50,045 nt of DNA from the NCBI GenBank assembly GCA_048938855.1, contig JBHLLT010000018.1, positions 4,347 through 54,391 of the forward strand. Reading direction: 5' to 3'. The stretch comes from Promethearchaeota archaeon. GTDB taxonomy: Archaea > Asgardarchaeota > Lokiarchaeia > Sigyniarchaeales > SOKP01. This document shows, in pieces, positions 19,493-29,311 of the stretch (positions are counted from its first letter, which is position 1; the number at the start of each line of letters is the position of its first letter). The notes under the pieces are model-generated. The model saw nothing but the letters and a program-made list of their open reading frames with translations, was not told where the DNA came from and searched no databases. The position numbers and the translations under genes are program-made.

Positions 19493-21550
19493 TTATTTTC
19501 TTAGATAATTATCTATAATTTTAACCCATTGATGATTTTTAATAAAAATCATATCTCTATTTATATCATCATCATTTTGTATATTCAAAATATGTTCTTG
19601 AATATTTCCCATTGAATTTACATCACCTACAGTTAAATATTGAGATATTTGATTTATCAAGTTTGTATTGAATTTCAAATTGTGATTGAAAGCAAGTTCA
19701 TAAATTAAGCAATCAATTAGGTCATAAAAGAAATTTATGATATCTTTATTTTCTTCTCTTATTAACTTACTCTTATTCAACTGTACCATCATATCTGAGA
19801 TTAGATTAAAAATCTCATACTTTTCAGGTAAAATTAGTGGTAATTTATTGATATTGCTTACCGATATTTCTGTAGTTAAATGCGCTCCTAAATTAAAAAC
19901 AAAATCATAATAAAAGTTGATGAGTTTTGAATTCATAAACAAGAGAAGATATTTTATAGTAATTTCTTTTTCTATTCTATCTCTAGGGATTATAACAATA
20001 CATGTACTTAAAGGATAATAATTCTGGTCATCATAAGCTACAGTAAGACTTGAGCTTATTGTTTGCATTATCAGTTTTTCTGGTTTTAAAAATATATTTT
20101 CATCCCTGGCTCTATGTAATATTTTTTGACTATAGTATATGTATAAATTGTTGAAATCTATATAATATCGTCCAATATCCTTACCTCTCAAGGTTTTTTT
20201 ATATTTTTCACTTATTTTATTCTCTTTTAAAAATCTCTCGTCATCACCAGTAGCTATACATGTTTTTGCTTCAAAAAATTTAGATAAATCACAATTTTTA
20301 GTCCTTTTAATAAAATTTATAATTTCAAGTTCCTTATATCCAAGATTTAAGTTGATATTATAATTTTCTTGCTCTAAAAAAATATTTTGGAGTATCTCCT
20401 TCTGTACTAATCCTTCAGGTGTAAAAAATTTTTGATTTGGAAATCTATTTTTTATCAATATTTTATGATTCTCAGGTGGTGGTTCTGGTTTTAATATAAT
20501 AACTATTGTCTCAGCTGTTACAAATTGAAAAATTCCTGCCCCCAAATCAATTATTTCGTCAATGGTTGTGCTTTTTAGCAAAAATTTCCTTAACGAATAA
20601 TAATTGTTCGAACGTATTAGGTTTTTGTGAACGATATTGCTAATTCTTGACGAACAATGGCATAAATCAATTGAACGCTCAATAAACATTCCAAATGTAT
20701 TCATTAAACCTTTAGGAGTTTTATATCTATCTTCGAATATTGCTTTTTCAAGAGGACTTAATTGTCTATTAGAAATATATGGAGGATTTTGAAGTATAAT
20801 ATCGAACCCTCCATTTAACATAATATCTGGAAACTCTAAAAACCAATGAAATGGTTTTAGCTTATTTACCATTTTTTTTTTTTCTGATTCACTTAAATCT
20901 TTCCTTCTTAAATCCTTATGAGTTTGAAACACATTTTTGATTTTGTCATAAAATACATTGGTTATGTTGGTTTGAACTGGTATATTTCTTTCTGGTTTCC
21001 TAACAAATCCGACTAATGCATTACCCAATCTAAAATTAGAATCTATATTTGTTAAATTAATAAAATTATTAAACTCATCACTCAACTCCGTTAGTAGCGA
21101 CAATACCCGTTGTTTAGTAATGTTAATTGCTTCACTTTCAATATCTACTCCATATAAAATATTTGATAAAATGAATTTTCTGATCTGATAATGAGACCAC
21201 TCAATCAATTTCAGTATTTTTAGACGGATAAAATATGATTCTAATACATTTAAGGCGGCAATTAGTAAATCTCCATTTCCTACTGAAGGATCCAAAATAG
21301 AAAGATTCTTTAAAAGGATAAAAATATATTTAAATTGCTCTTTATCTTGCTTAACAAATGAAGATTCGACTAAGAATTGATTTTTCGTATTATCTTGAAT
21401 GTACTTTTCAAATAATTTATCTAAATTTGTGTTTTTTATACCAAACTTACTGGAAAGATTTTCTACTAAAAAGTGGTCAATAGTAGTTTTCGCTATAAAG
21501 TTTGTTATACTTTCTGGTGTATAGACTATTCCCTCTTTTTGTAAACTCAT
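19493..21550 (-). CDS. N6-adenine DNA methyltransferase, gamma class (Eco57I/TaqI-like), with TaqI_C-type target recognition domain
   Basis: 'GIVYTPE', motif I 'ILDPSVGNG', 'LYGVDI', 'FHWFLEFP', motif IV 'FDIILQNPPY' and C-terminal 'LFMNSKLINFYY'. Confidence 0.9.
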   Translation of the reverse strand: MSLQKEGIVYTPESITNFIAKTTIDHFLVENLSSKFGIKNTNLDKLFEKYIQDNTKNQFLVESSFVKQDKEQFKYIFILLKNLSILDPSVGNGDLLIAALNVLESYFIRLKILKLIEWSHYQIRKFILSNILYGVDIESEAINITKQRVLSLLTELSDEFNNFINLTNIDSNFRLGNALVGFVRKPERNIPVQTNITNVFYDKIKNVFQTHKDLRRKDLSESEKKKMVNKLKPFHWFLEFPDIMLNGGFDIILQNPPYISNRQLSPLEKAIFEDRYKTPKGLMNTFGMFIERSIDLCHCSSRISNIVHKNLIRSNNYYSLRKFLLKSTTIDEIIDLGAGIFQFVTAETIVIILKPEPPPENHKILIKNRFPNQKFFTPEGLVQKEILQNIFLEQENYNINLNLGYKELEIINFIKRTKNCDLSKFFEAKTCIATGDDERFLKENKISEKYKKTLRGKDIGRYYIDFNNLYIYYSQKILHRARDENIFLKPEKLIMQTISSSLTVAYDDQNYYPLSTCIVIIPRDRIEKEITIKYLLLFMNSKLINFYYDFVFNLGAHLTTEISVSNINKLPLILPEKYEIFNLISDMMVQLNKSKLIREENKDIINFFYDLIDCLIYELAFNHNLKFNTNLINQISQYLTVGDVNSMGNIQEHILNIQNDDDINRDMIFIKNHQWVKIIDNYLRK

Positions 21551-21665
21551 TTTTCTAAGATGAATCTGACCATTAAAATATAGTATTTTTTTTTCTCTTT
21601 GTAATAATTATATTAGGTTTATTATGAATTTTAAATGCAAATAATGATTTCATTATTTAGAAAAA

Positions 21666-21884
21666 ATGGCAGAATTAGACAAAATTGATAAAAATTTTAG
21701 AAATCTCGGGCTAATAATAATTATAATCGGTATCTTGCTTTTGATTATATGGATTGTGATTATCGTTAATATTCCGCATACAACAATACCATTATTAATG
21801 TCAATAGCTATAGCACTGTTAATAGCTGGAATTTTACTTTTTACACGAGTCCAGTATATTATATGGATGAAAAAAAAATATTAG
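21666..21884 (+). CDS. Small 2-TM membrane protein
   Basis: Two long hydrophobic stretches in 72 aa. Confidence 0.65.
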   Translation: MAELDKIDKNFRNLGLIIIIIGILLLIIWIVIIVNIPHTTIPLLMSIAIALLIAGILLFTRVQYIIWMKKKY

Positions 21885-21980
21885 TTAATTATTTTCTATA
21901 TAAATAGTTTTGGTCATGAGATATAAATTTATTAAATCTAATTCTCATTAATATTTAGATAAGAATATTTTAAGATAAAA

Positions 21981-22505
21981 ATGGGTAAATATTTCTTCAA
22001 GATATGTATAGTTGGGGATTTTGGAGTAGGTAAGACTACATTGCTCCATCAATATCTAGAAAGGAGATTTAACCCAAATATAACAACAACTATTGGTTCA
22101 AACTTTTTTGTAAAACGTCTTAAAATTCCGAATGTTGAAGGGTTAATTACTTTACAGATTTGGGATCTTGCAGGACAACCACGTTTTAAATGGGTGAGAC
22201 AGGAATTTTATAAAGGCGCAAAAGGAATAGTTTTTGTATTTGATTTAACTAATCGAGGAACTTTTGAATCTCTTCCAAAATGGAAAAAGGAGATAGAATA
22301 TGTGGTTGATAGATTCTCTAGTGTAATTGTCGGTAATAAGGTTGATTTATTAGATAATGAACATAGGGTATTTGAGAAAGAAGAGTTAATTTATCTCAAG
22401 GAATTTCTTTCTGCATGTCAATATTTTGAAGCTAGTGCAAAATTCGGTAAAAATGTAGAAGAATTTTTTTTAGAATTAGTATCTCACTTGTATAATCATA
22501 GTTAG
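21981..22505 (+). CDS. Rab-like small GTPase
   Basis: G1 GDFGVGKT, G2 TIG, G3 WDLAGQ, G4 NKVD, G5 SAK; RabF-like 'TLQIW' and 'FYKGA'; no C-terminal Cys prenylation motif. Confidence 0.93.
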   Translation: MGKYFFKICIVGDFGVGKTTLLHQYLERRFNPNITTTIGSNFFVKRLKIPNVEGLITLQIWDLAGQPRFKWVRQEFYKGAKGIVFVFDLTNRGTFESLPKWKKEIEYVVDRFSSVIVGNKVDLLDNEHRVFEKEELIYLKEFLSACQYFEASAKFGKNVEEFFLELVSHLYNHS

Positions 22506-22565
22506 GTAAGTGTCATAGATATTATTATGACTAATATTAAACAATCTTTATTTTCATTATTGTTC

Positions 22566-23315
22566 CTATCCTTTTATCATCTTAATAAACATCCAAGCAA
22601 GGTAGAATTCGATCTCTTCATTTTTAAAAGGAGAATTAGATATTAATTCTTTTATTTCTATTGGAGTGTACCCTGCTTGCAGAGAACCAATTGGTTCCTT
22701 AATTTTCTTTAAAGGCTTAGGGACTACTACTTTAGTTGCAAAAGTTAATAATCCATAAAAGAATTTTCTCGAATCTCTACGGAAATCGAAGATCTCTAAA
22801 ACACCATTGTGCTTCAATACTCGATGTGTTTCTTTTAAAACGATAGAAGGATCCTTCCAATGATGAAGTGAAAGGCTACTTATTATAAAATCGACTGAAT
22901 TATCTGGGAAAGGTAAATTATCAGCACTCCCTACTTTAAAGTCAACATTACCAGTTAGTTCATTATCTTGTGTTTTTAATCTAGCTAATTCTAATATTTC
23001 AGATGAAATGTCAACTCCAATTAGTTCAAGATTAGGATATTTTTTTGAAATCAAGACAAGTAGATTCCCCGATCCACAACCCAAATCTACTAATTTTCCC
23101 TCAGGATTATATTTTTTCAGTTCTGATAATATTCTTCTCCTAAGAATTTTAAAAGGAACTAGATTAGTCATTTTTTCAAAGGCTTTAGCTACTTCAGGGT
23201 CATCTAGCCCTTCAATACTAGGTTTTCTGGCATTTTTCTTTCTTGGGAGTCCTAATACTAGAAAAATAATTAAGATAATTCCAATGATTAAAAAAGCAAT
23301 ATAAAAATAAGCCAA
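22566..23315 (-). CDS. Class I SAM-dependent methyltransferase with N-terminal membrane anchor
   Basis: 'VDLGCGSG', 'GVDIS', 'LPFPDNSVD', 'SLHHW', 'RVLKHNG'. Confidence 0.92.
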   Translation of the reverse strand: MAYFYIAFLIIGIILIIFLVLGLPRKKNARKPSIEGLDDPEVAKAFEKMTNLVPFKILRRRILSELKKYNPEGKLVDLGCGSGNLLVLISKKYPNLELIGVDISSEILELARLKTQDNELTGNVDFKVGSADNLPFPDNSVDFIISSLSLHHWKDPSIVLKETHRVLKHNGVLEIFDFRRDSRKFFYGLLTFATKVVVPKPLKKIKEPIGSLQAGYTPIEIKELISNSPFKNEEIEFYLAWMFIKMIKG

Positions 23316-23327
23316 CTATTTACACCA

Positions 23328-23708
23328 TCATGACATTATTTCCATAAACCATTCAAACACAGCTGGAATGTTTTCAATTATGCGATATTTAATACTTTTA
23401 TGTAAAACTACAACGAAGATTTCTGGACGTTCTCTTACTAATAGATAATAATCATTGTCTTGAATCTCTTTCATATTATTCTTGTCTTCAATATCAATAT
23501 GAAAAAGATTATAATCTGCGATATTAGAATCTTCAGTACCCCAAGAATACTCAATTTCTTCTTGAACCAGAGATATTAACTCGTCTAAGGATGGCTCCAT
23601 TGAGATCCATCCCTCGAGATAAGACTCCTCATCTCTATGCAAAACGAAGAAATTAGCAATTTTTTCTGGAGTTTCATTATTCATCATAATTTTTTCAAAA
23701 TCTGGCAC
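23328..23708 (-). CDS. Hypothetical acidic protein
   Basis: 126-aa ORF 12 nt upstream of the methyltransferase gene. Confidence 0.65.
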   Translation of the reverse strand: MPDFEKIMMNNETPEKIANFFVLHRDEESYLEGWISMEPSLDELISLVQEEIEYSWGTEDSNIADYNLFHIDIEDKNNMKEIQDNDYYLLVRERPEIFVVVLHKSIKYRIIENIPAVFEWFMEIMS

Positions 23709-23979
23709 AATGAATTTAAAAATTAAAAATCAGTTAAAAATTTATTATTATCTTATTTACCGATCTGCTTTCCAACACCATAATACATTAAATAAGCCCA
23801 TAACAGAATCGATAATGAATAGATGGAAATTATTGTTCGAAAAGTCGAATCGTTTAAGAAATATTTAGCGACATAATTATATTAGTTGCTTTAGGAGATG
23901 CTTGTGTAATAGAAATCTCAAAAGGACTCCAAAGAGGAAAAAGGGATTTATTAAGACTCATCCATTTACCTATTATAAA

Positions 23980-25533
23980 TTAGTGCTTGGAGATATCTCG
24001 AAAGATTCCTTGGATTATAGATTCTCCTCCTATCAAGGTTACGGAAGCTGTGATGTGAACGGGTATTATTTTTCCTGATTTTGTTATTACTGACGCATCC
24101 TCATTAAGTGCTCCGCTCTGTTCTATATGTATCTTAAACATCTTTGCATATTGTTCTGACACATCTGGAGGGTGAAGAGTAGTTTGATGTGATCCAATAA
24201 TCTCTTCTTTTTTCTTCTCCAAAAGGATTTCTGCTTTTTTATTGCAGTTAATAATCAAGCCCGTCTTAACATCTGCCCAAATTATTGCATCTGCTGCATT
24301 TTCAAAGGCTAATCTAAATTTTTCTTCTGATTCTCTTAATTTTTGTTCGGCTTCTTTCTTTTCAGAGATATCTAAAAGAGTTGCTAAAAATGCATTTTTT
24401 CCTTTATATTGAATGGTTCTGGAATAACTCTCAACCCATTTAATTTCTCCCGATTTAGTAAAAACTCTATAAGGATGAACTATCGAATCTGCTAATTCTG
24501 CATCTACTTTCCTTCTTACTCTTTCCATTGCTATTGCTCGATCTTCTGGATGAACAGCTTTAAAAAATTCAAGTGCAGGCCAATTCGTCATTTCTTCAAT
24601 AGAATAGCCATAAATAATTGATATTGCTTTATTCACATATTTGAGAAGATTATCTTGAATAATTACAACTCCTAAAAATGATTGTTCTGTTATGGTTCTA
24701 AATTTTTCCTCACTCTCTTTTAAAGCTTCTTCTATGCTTTTATGTTGAGTAACATCAGAAAAAACACCATCTGCGTATAATACACCTTCCTTCTCATAGA
24801 CTATTTCTGATCTATCATGTATCCAAATCCATGTTCCATCTTTTCTTTTAATTCTGTACTCTACATCAAATGGACTCCTTTGTTTGAAAAAAGCTTTATA
24901 GGCTTCCATTATATTCTCAACACTGTCGGGATCTATCCTTCCAAACCAAATATCTTCCCCTTCCCTACTATAAATTTCTTCAGGACTATACCCATAGATT
25001 TTTTCTACATTGGGACTGATAAACGCAGTATTACCATCTTGATCTTTTGTCCAAGCCACATCTGGGATGTTTTCAATCAATTCTTTATATTTAAACTCAG
25101 TTTCTTTTAATTTCAACTCTGTAAGCTTGAAAAGTGAAATATCCGAAGTAAGGCCATCAGCATAAAATACTCCAGCTCTCTCATAGACATTGGTAGATAC
25201 ATCCCTTAACCAGATTATATCTCCATCTTTTCTTTTATACTGATACTCAATATTAAATGGTAAATTTTTATGAAACAGCTTATCATAAGCTTGTCTTACA
25301 TTTTCAACATCATTAGGATGTATTCTCTCATACCAAATCTGTTCACTATCTCCTTTATAAAACTCTGCTTGACTATAACCAAAGATTTTTTCAACATTGG
25401 GACTTATGAATGTGATATTCCCTTCAAAATCTTTAGTCCAGATAACATCTGGTATCGTATGAATTAAAAATTCATATTTTTTTTTTAATTCATTTAGTTC
25501 TTCTTCATTCTTAGTGAAATTAGGATTGTCCAT
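23980..25533 (-). CDS. PAS-only sensor protein (4 PAS/PAC domains, no output domain)
   Basis: Four PAS S-box units (IPDVIW..FISP; IPDVAW..FISP; SFLGVV..YVN; AADAII..CN), each ending in D[IV][ST]. The stop codon follows the last PAC. Confidence 0.9.
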   Translation of the reverse strand: MDNPNFTKNEEELNELKKKYEFLIHTIPDVIWTKDFEGNITFISPNVEKIFGYSQAEFYKGDSEQIWYERIHPNDVENVRQAYDKLFHKNLPFNIEYQYKRKDGDIIWLRDVSTNVYERAGVFYADGLTSDISLFKLTELKLKETEFKYKELIENIPDVAWTKDQDGNTAFISPNVEKIYGYSPEEIYSREGEDIWFGRIDPDSVENIMEAYKAFFKQRSPFDVEYRIKRKDGTWIWIHDRSEIVYEKEGVLYADGVFSDVTQHKSIEEALKESEEKFRTITEQSFLGVVIIQDNLLKYVNKAISIIYGYSIEEMTNWPALEFFKAVHPEDRAIAMERVRRKVDAELADSIVHPYRVFTKSGEIKWVESYSRTIQYKGKNAFLATLLDISEKKEAEQKLRESEEKFRLAFENAADAIIWADVKTGLIINCNKKAEILLEKKKEEIIGSHQTTLHPPDVSEQYAKMFKIHIEQSGALNEDASVITKSGKIIPVHITASVTLIGGESIIQGIFRDISKH

Positions 25534-25629
25534 TACAATTTTTTCTCTTTTTGCACTTTTCTATAAGTAAGATCATATATTTAACTTTATTTATTTTATA
25601 GTATTATTTTTCTTGATTAACCCCCATAA

Positions 25630-26520
25630 CTAAGTAACCCAACCAATTCCAGCAAGCAGTCCTTTTTCATTTAAAACGTTATACTTAGATATTCCCACTT
25701 GAGTGAAATCTTCTTTAAAATCTTCATCAAAAAAAATTCTTTCTTTTATAGATTCGCCATAAGACTTTAATAAATTATCAGCAAAAAAATTTTGAGTTAC
25801 TGGTAAATTACCCATTGCACTTAAAAGTATTACACCCCCCTTTTTTGTAACTCTAACACTTTCTTTTAAAATATCTATACGCGATAAATTAAACAAATCG
25901 GGATTATGGCAATACCCAGAAATTACCACTGCATCAAAAAAATTATTAGGTTCACGAATAATTCCATTTATAACATCAGAAATCTTTATATCATCATATC
26001 CCAATTTACTAAAATCTTCCTGTCTTTCCTTTTTGATTAAAACAAATACATCTTTACTATTTTTAATTGCTAATTCAAGATTTGGCACATTAAAGAAATC
26101 TTCTAACATTATTACTAGGGCAGAATCAACGCTGGGACGTCCAACTATTTTTTTAACGATTTCAAACGTCTCTTTTACAAATTGACCTTCATCTATAAAT
26201 GCATTTCTTAAAAAATGATGAAATATATAATTAATAGCAGAAGCTCCTAATCTAGTTGATTCTACCATTATTCTTTTACTCGATCCTTCTTGTATATATG
26301 AAACATATCCCCTACGTTCAAGATTATTTAAACTATTATAAAAACTTGAAGTTGAGAGTGTTTTTGTCTCTTTTAAAAATTGATTTACTTCGATAAATAA
26401 TACATATCTTATCACTGGTCTGGAATATCGAAGAAGAATCTGAAGGGTAATCATTTCAACTATTGAGATATCAGGAAATTCTTCCAATCTATCTTGAGAT
26501 TTGCTCTCTTCACTCTGCAT
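25630..26520 (-). CDS. Winged-helix (PadR-like) regulator fused to a degenerate methyltransferase-like domain
   Basis: 'STSSFYNSLNNLERRGYV' recognition helix and wing; C-terminal 'REPNNFFDAV...LKESVRVTKKGGVI' with no GxGxG. Confidence 0.7.
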   Translation of the reverse strand: MQSEESKSQDRLEEFPDISIVEMITLQILLRYSRPVIRYVLFIEVNQFLKETKTLSTSSFYNSLNNLERRGYVSYIQEGSSKRIMVESTRLGASAINYIFHHFLRNAFIDEGQFVKETFEIVKKIVGRPSVDSALVIMLEDFFNVPNLELAIKNSKDVFVLIKKERQEDFSKLGYDDIKISDVINGIIREPNNFFDAVVISGYCHNPDLFNLSRIDILKESVRVTKKGGVILLSAMGNLPVTQNFFADNLLKSYGESIKERIFFDEDFKEDFTQVGISKYNVLNEKGLLAGIGWVT

Positions 26521-26558
26521 TCTTATTCACTTCTTTACTTTCTTTTCAAGAATTTTTT

Positions 26559-27572
26559 TTATGAAACCCAACCAATTCCTATTAAGTCTCCTTCGAACTT
26601 GAAAACCTTCATATTAGAAATACCCACATCTTTAAAATGTTGTTCAAGCTCTTCTATTTCATAGATCGTTTGAGCATTTGCTTTTTCATAAATATCTATT
26701 AATTTATTAAGGAGAAATCCTTCGGTTCTTGGCAATTTTGCTTGAGCTGTTATTATAATAACCCCATCTTTCTTGGTAACCCTCACTGCTTCTTTAAGGC
26801 AATCAGTAAGATTTAGCCCAAATAGTTCTGAATCTCTATAATAAAAAGGAAAAAATGTCAAATCAAATATTTTATTTGGTTCTCGTATCTTTTTATTATA
26901 AATACTTGAAAAATTTATTCCCTTAAAACCAGTATTTTCTAATTCTTTAGAAAAATCTTCTTTTGATAAAATGAACATGGATCTTGAAACATTTTTGGCT
27001 ATACGAAGAATATTAATATCAATATATTCATTTAGCCAAATAACAAATAAACTTTCAAATTGTATCCTCCCAATTTGTTCAAGTATCGCTTTTTTCATAG
27101 CTTCCATAGTAATTTCTTCCGCTCGCACGCCAAAGCGTATAAAATGTCGAAGAATAACTTCTATTAAAGGACGTGTAAGTGAAGTGATCTCAATAGATTC
27201 AATTTTTCCTTTTTCGTTAAGATTTGAAGTGATAAGACCTCGTTCTTCAAGATTTTTTAAATTGTTATAAAAACTAGAAGTAGAAAATTTCCTAGATTTT
27301 TGTACAAATTGGAAATATCTCTTTTCGTTCGGATCGAGCTTTTTTTTATCAATTGAATCAAGTGAAGTTTGTTCACTATCTAAGAATTGAGCAACTTCTA
27401 AAAATAAGGTATGCCTGATAACCGCTTCAGAATGTCGTAATAATAATTCTAAAGTTAGTATTTCGACAAGAGAAAGATCAATAAAATCCGCAATTGAATA
27501 TGTCAGAATAGAAGAATTATTTTTCATCGATTTTTTAACATTCTCCATAATAAATAATAGCAATTTCATCAA
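26559..27572 (-). CDS. Winged-helix regulator fused to a degenerate methyltransferase-like domain (paralogue of 25630..26520)
   Basis: 'STSSFYNNLKNLEERGLI', 'REPNKIFD', 'LKEAVRVTKKDGVI', ending in IGIGWVS. The true start may be a downstream Met. Confidence 0.7.
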   Translation of the reverse strand: MMKLLLFIMENVKKSMKNNSSILTYSIADFIDLSLVEILTLELLLRHSEAVIRHTLFLEVAQFLDSEQTSLDSIDKKKLDPNEKRYFQFVQKSRKFSTSSFYNNLKNLEERGLITSNLNEKGKIESIEITSLTRPLIEVILRHFIRFGVRAEEITMEAMKKAILEQIGRIQFESLFVIWLNEYIDINILRIAKNVSRSMFILSKEDFSKELENTGFKGINFSSIYNKKIREPNKIFDLTFFPFYYRDSELFGLNLTDCLKEAVRVTKKDGVIIITAQAKLPRTEGFLLNKLIDIYEKANAQTIYEIEELEQHFKDVGISNMKVFKFEGDLIGIGWVS

Positions 27573-27841
27573 TTTAAAATTTTCACTTTTGAAAAAAAAA
27601 AATATTATTTTTTGAAAAAAATACTATAGAAAAATAGAAAAAATTGCTTTAGAAAAGTGGAAAACCCCTTAAAACCATAGTTCAAATTTCATAATCATGC
27701 TTTCCAAATCTGAAAAAACCAAAGATTTAAATATGAAATTTAATACTTAGAAAATTGAAGAAAAAAAATTATAAAAAATAAAAAAAAAACTTTTTAAAAT
27801 TTTAAAATTAAAAATTCAAAAATAAAAAAAAGGTTTAGACA
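27573..27841. promoter_or_regulatory. Divergent promoter region shared by the wHTH/PAS arm and the GTPase-7TM-TFB arm
   Basis: 269-nt extremely A-rich non-coding gap between divergent starts, with several TATA-like boxes (TTTAAATA, TTATAAAA). Confidence 0.55.
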
Positions 27842-28750
27842 GTGATAAAAAGCATTTTAAAACGAGTTTTTTCATCTGATAGAAAAGTAGTTATATGTGG
27901 TCTTGACAGCGCTGGAAAAACTACAATGGTAACTTTTCTTCAAACAGGGACATTTTTTGAAAATATCCCAACTATGGGAAAACAAGAAACTATAATGAAG
28001 GTTCAGGGGATAAGGCTAAATTTAATGGATATGGGAGGTCAAAAAGATTTCCGTCCTTTATGGTTAGGTGAAATGGATAATGCTGAATGTGTCATTTTTA
28101 TGCTTGATGCAAGTGCTCAAGAAAGATTTAAGGAAGCTAAAATAGAATTGTGGAAATTAGCATCGATCATGAAAAAAAAGCCACTTATAGTCTTAGCGAA
28201 TAAATATGATCTTCCTAATGTTGCATCTATTAGTGATATAATAGAAACACTTGAATTAGCTAAATTAGCATCATTTGAGGTTTTGCCAATATCCTGTAAA
28301 ACGGGATTTGGAATTGTGGATGCATTCTCTAAAATGTACTATAAAATAACGGGTAAACTTCTAAGCAAACGATTATCACCAAAAGCTTTAACGATATTTG
28401 ATAAAGGAGGGGTTCCTCTGACTACCAAAGCAGGCGAACATCAGGATCAAGATATTTTACGAGGGGGGTTATATTCTGCAATTACTAGCTTTGCTAAGGA
28501 ATCTTTTAATTCCGAATTAAATCTGTTAAAACTTGAAGGGCTCCTCATAATATTCAAAAGAACTAAACATTTAATGGGGTCAATTATTATTGAGGATACA
28601 GAAAATATTGATACTCGTGAAGCAGAGTTAAGATTATCAGAATTACTTGAGCATCTTGAAAATATGTGCCCTGAGCTTGATAGAGACCAGTTAGACCGAG
28701 AAAAAATAGATTTTCTTACTAAACAATTTGCTACCAACATACTAAATTAA
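27842..28750 (+). CDS. Arf-family small GTPase fused to a C-terminal longin/roadblock-like domain
   Basis: G1 GLDSAGKT, G2 PTMG, G3 DMGGQ, 'FRPLW', G4 NKYD, G5 SCK; amphipathic N-terminus MIKSILKRVFS; C-domain 'LTIFDKGGVPL...GGLYSAITSFAKESF'. Confidence 0.9.
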   Translation: MIKSILKRVFSSDRKVVICGLDSAGKTTMVTFLQTGTFFENIPTMGKQETIMKVQGIRLNLMDMGGQKDFRPLWLGEMDNAECVIFMLDASAQERFKEAKIELWKLASIMKKKPLIVLANKYDLPNVASISDIIETLELAKLASFEVLPISCKTGFGIVDAFSKMYYKITGKLLSKRLSPKALTIFDKGGVPLTTKAGEHQDQDILRGGLYSAITSFAKESFNSELNLLKLEGLLIIFKRTKHLMGSIIIEDTENIDTREAELRLSELLEHLENMCPELDRDQLDREKIDFLTKQFATNILN

Positions 28751-28810
28751 TTTTTTTATTTTTTTTATTTTTTAAATAGAAGAGGGAAATAATAAGAGAA
28801 GGGAAAAAAA

Positions 28811-29311
28811 ATGGAATCGACAAAAATTATAATATCCGAACTAAAGGGAACGATTAATTCTAATCCCGAAATTTTATACTCATTTCCTCCACTTGATATA
28901 GCTGATTTAGAATCTAAAAATCTAATAACAAAATTTTTACCATTTGGCTCCAAATCAGGGGAATTTATTTCCTCTGCATTTGGTAAGAAAAAATCAATTC
29001 TATCCTACATTTTTTCAATTAAAAATTCAAGCAATCGAGATAATTTAGTTTCGATCTCAATAATTATAGCCAAAAAAGATAATCCAGATATATATAAACC
29101 AGCTCTGAAGGAAATTATTGATCAACTCGACAATAATAAAGTACTAACAGAAGAAATATTAAAAACTTATTTAGAAGTTATTTTCAAGGGCATAAATAAA
29201 GAAGAAGAAATCTATATTGAGAATATTTTGATTAATCTTCCTGAAATTTTTAATGAAATTAAATCTAAAATAATTAAAACAAAACCACAAATAAGGGGGA
29301 GTTTTTTCTAA
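28811..29311 (+). CDS. Hypothetical protein with a uDENN/longin-like signature
   Basis: 'PEILYSFPP....ITKFLPFG' resembles the uDENN pattern P-x-(I/V)-x-x-x-(F/Y)P...F-x-(F)-P-x-G; recognised by eye only. Confidence 0.55.
   Translation: MESTKIIISELKGTINSNPEILYSFPPLDIADLESKNLITKFLPFGSKSGEFISSAFGKKKSILSYIFSIKNSSNRDNLVSISIIIAKKDNPDIYKPALKEIIDQLDNNKVLTEEILKTYLEVIFKGINKEEEIYIENILINLPEIFNEIKSKIIKTKPQIRGSFF

Noticed and set aside
19493-21550. Methyltransferase as part of a BREX/DISARM or complete RM defence island
   Set aside because: No nuclease, helicase, PglZ or ATPase genes are adjacent.
23709-23979. Possible frameshifted kinase continuation of the PAS gene, or a small gene
   Set aside because: Only short frames without H-box or other recognisable motifs.
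27573-27841. A-rich gap as a replication origin or ncRNA
   Set aside because: No ORB-like repeats, no cdc6/orc1 nearby and no GC-rich structure; a divergent promoter explains it.
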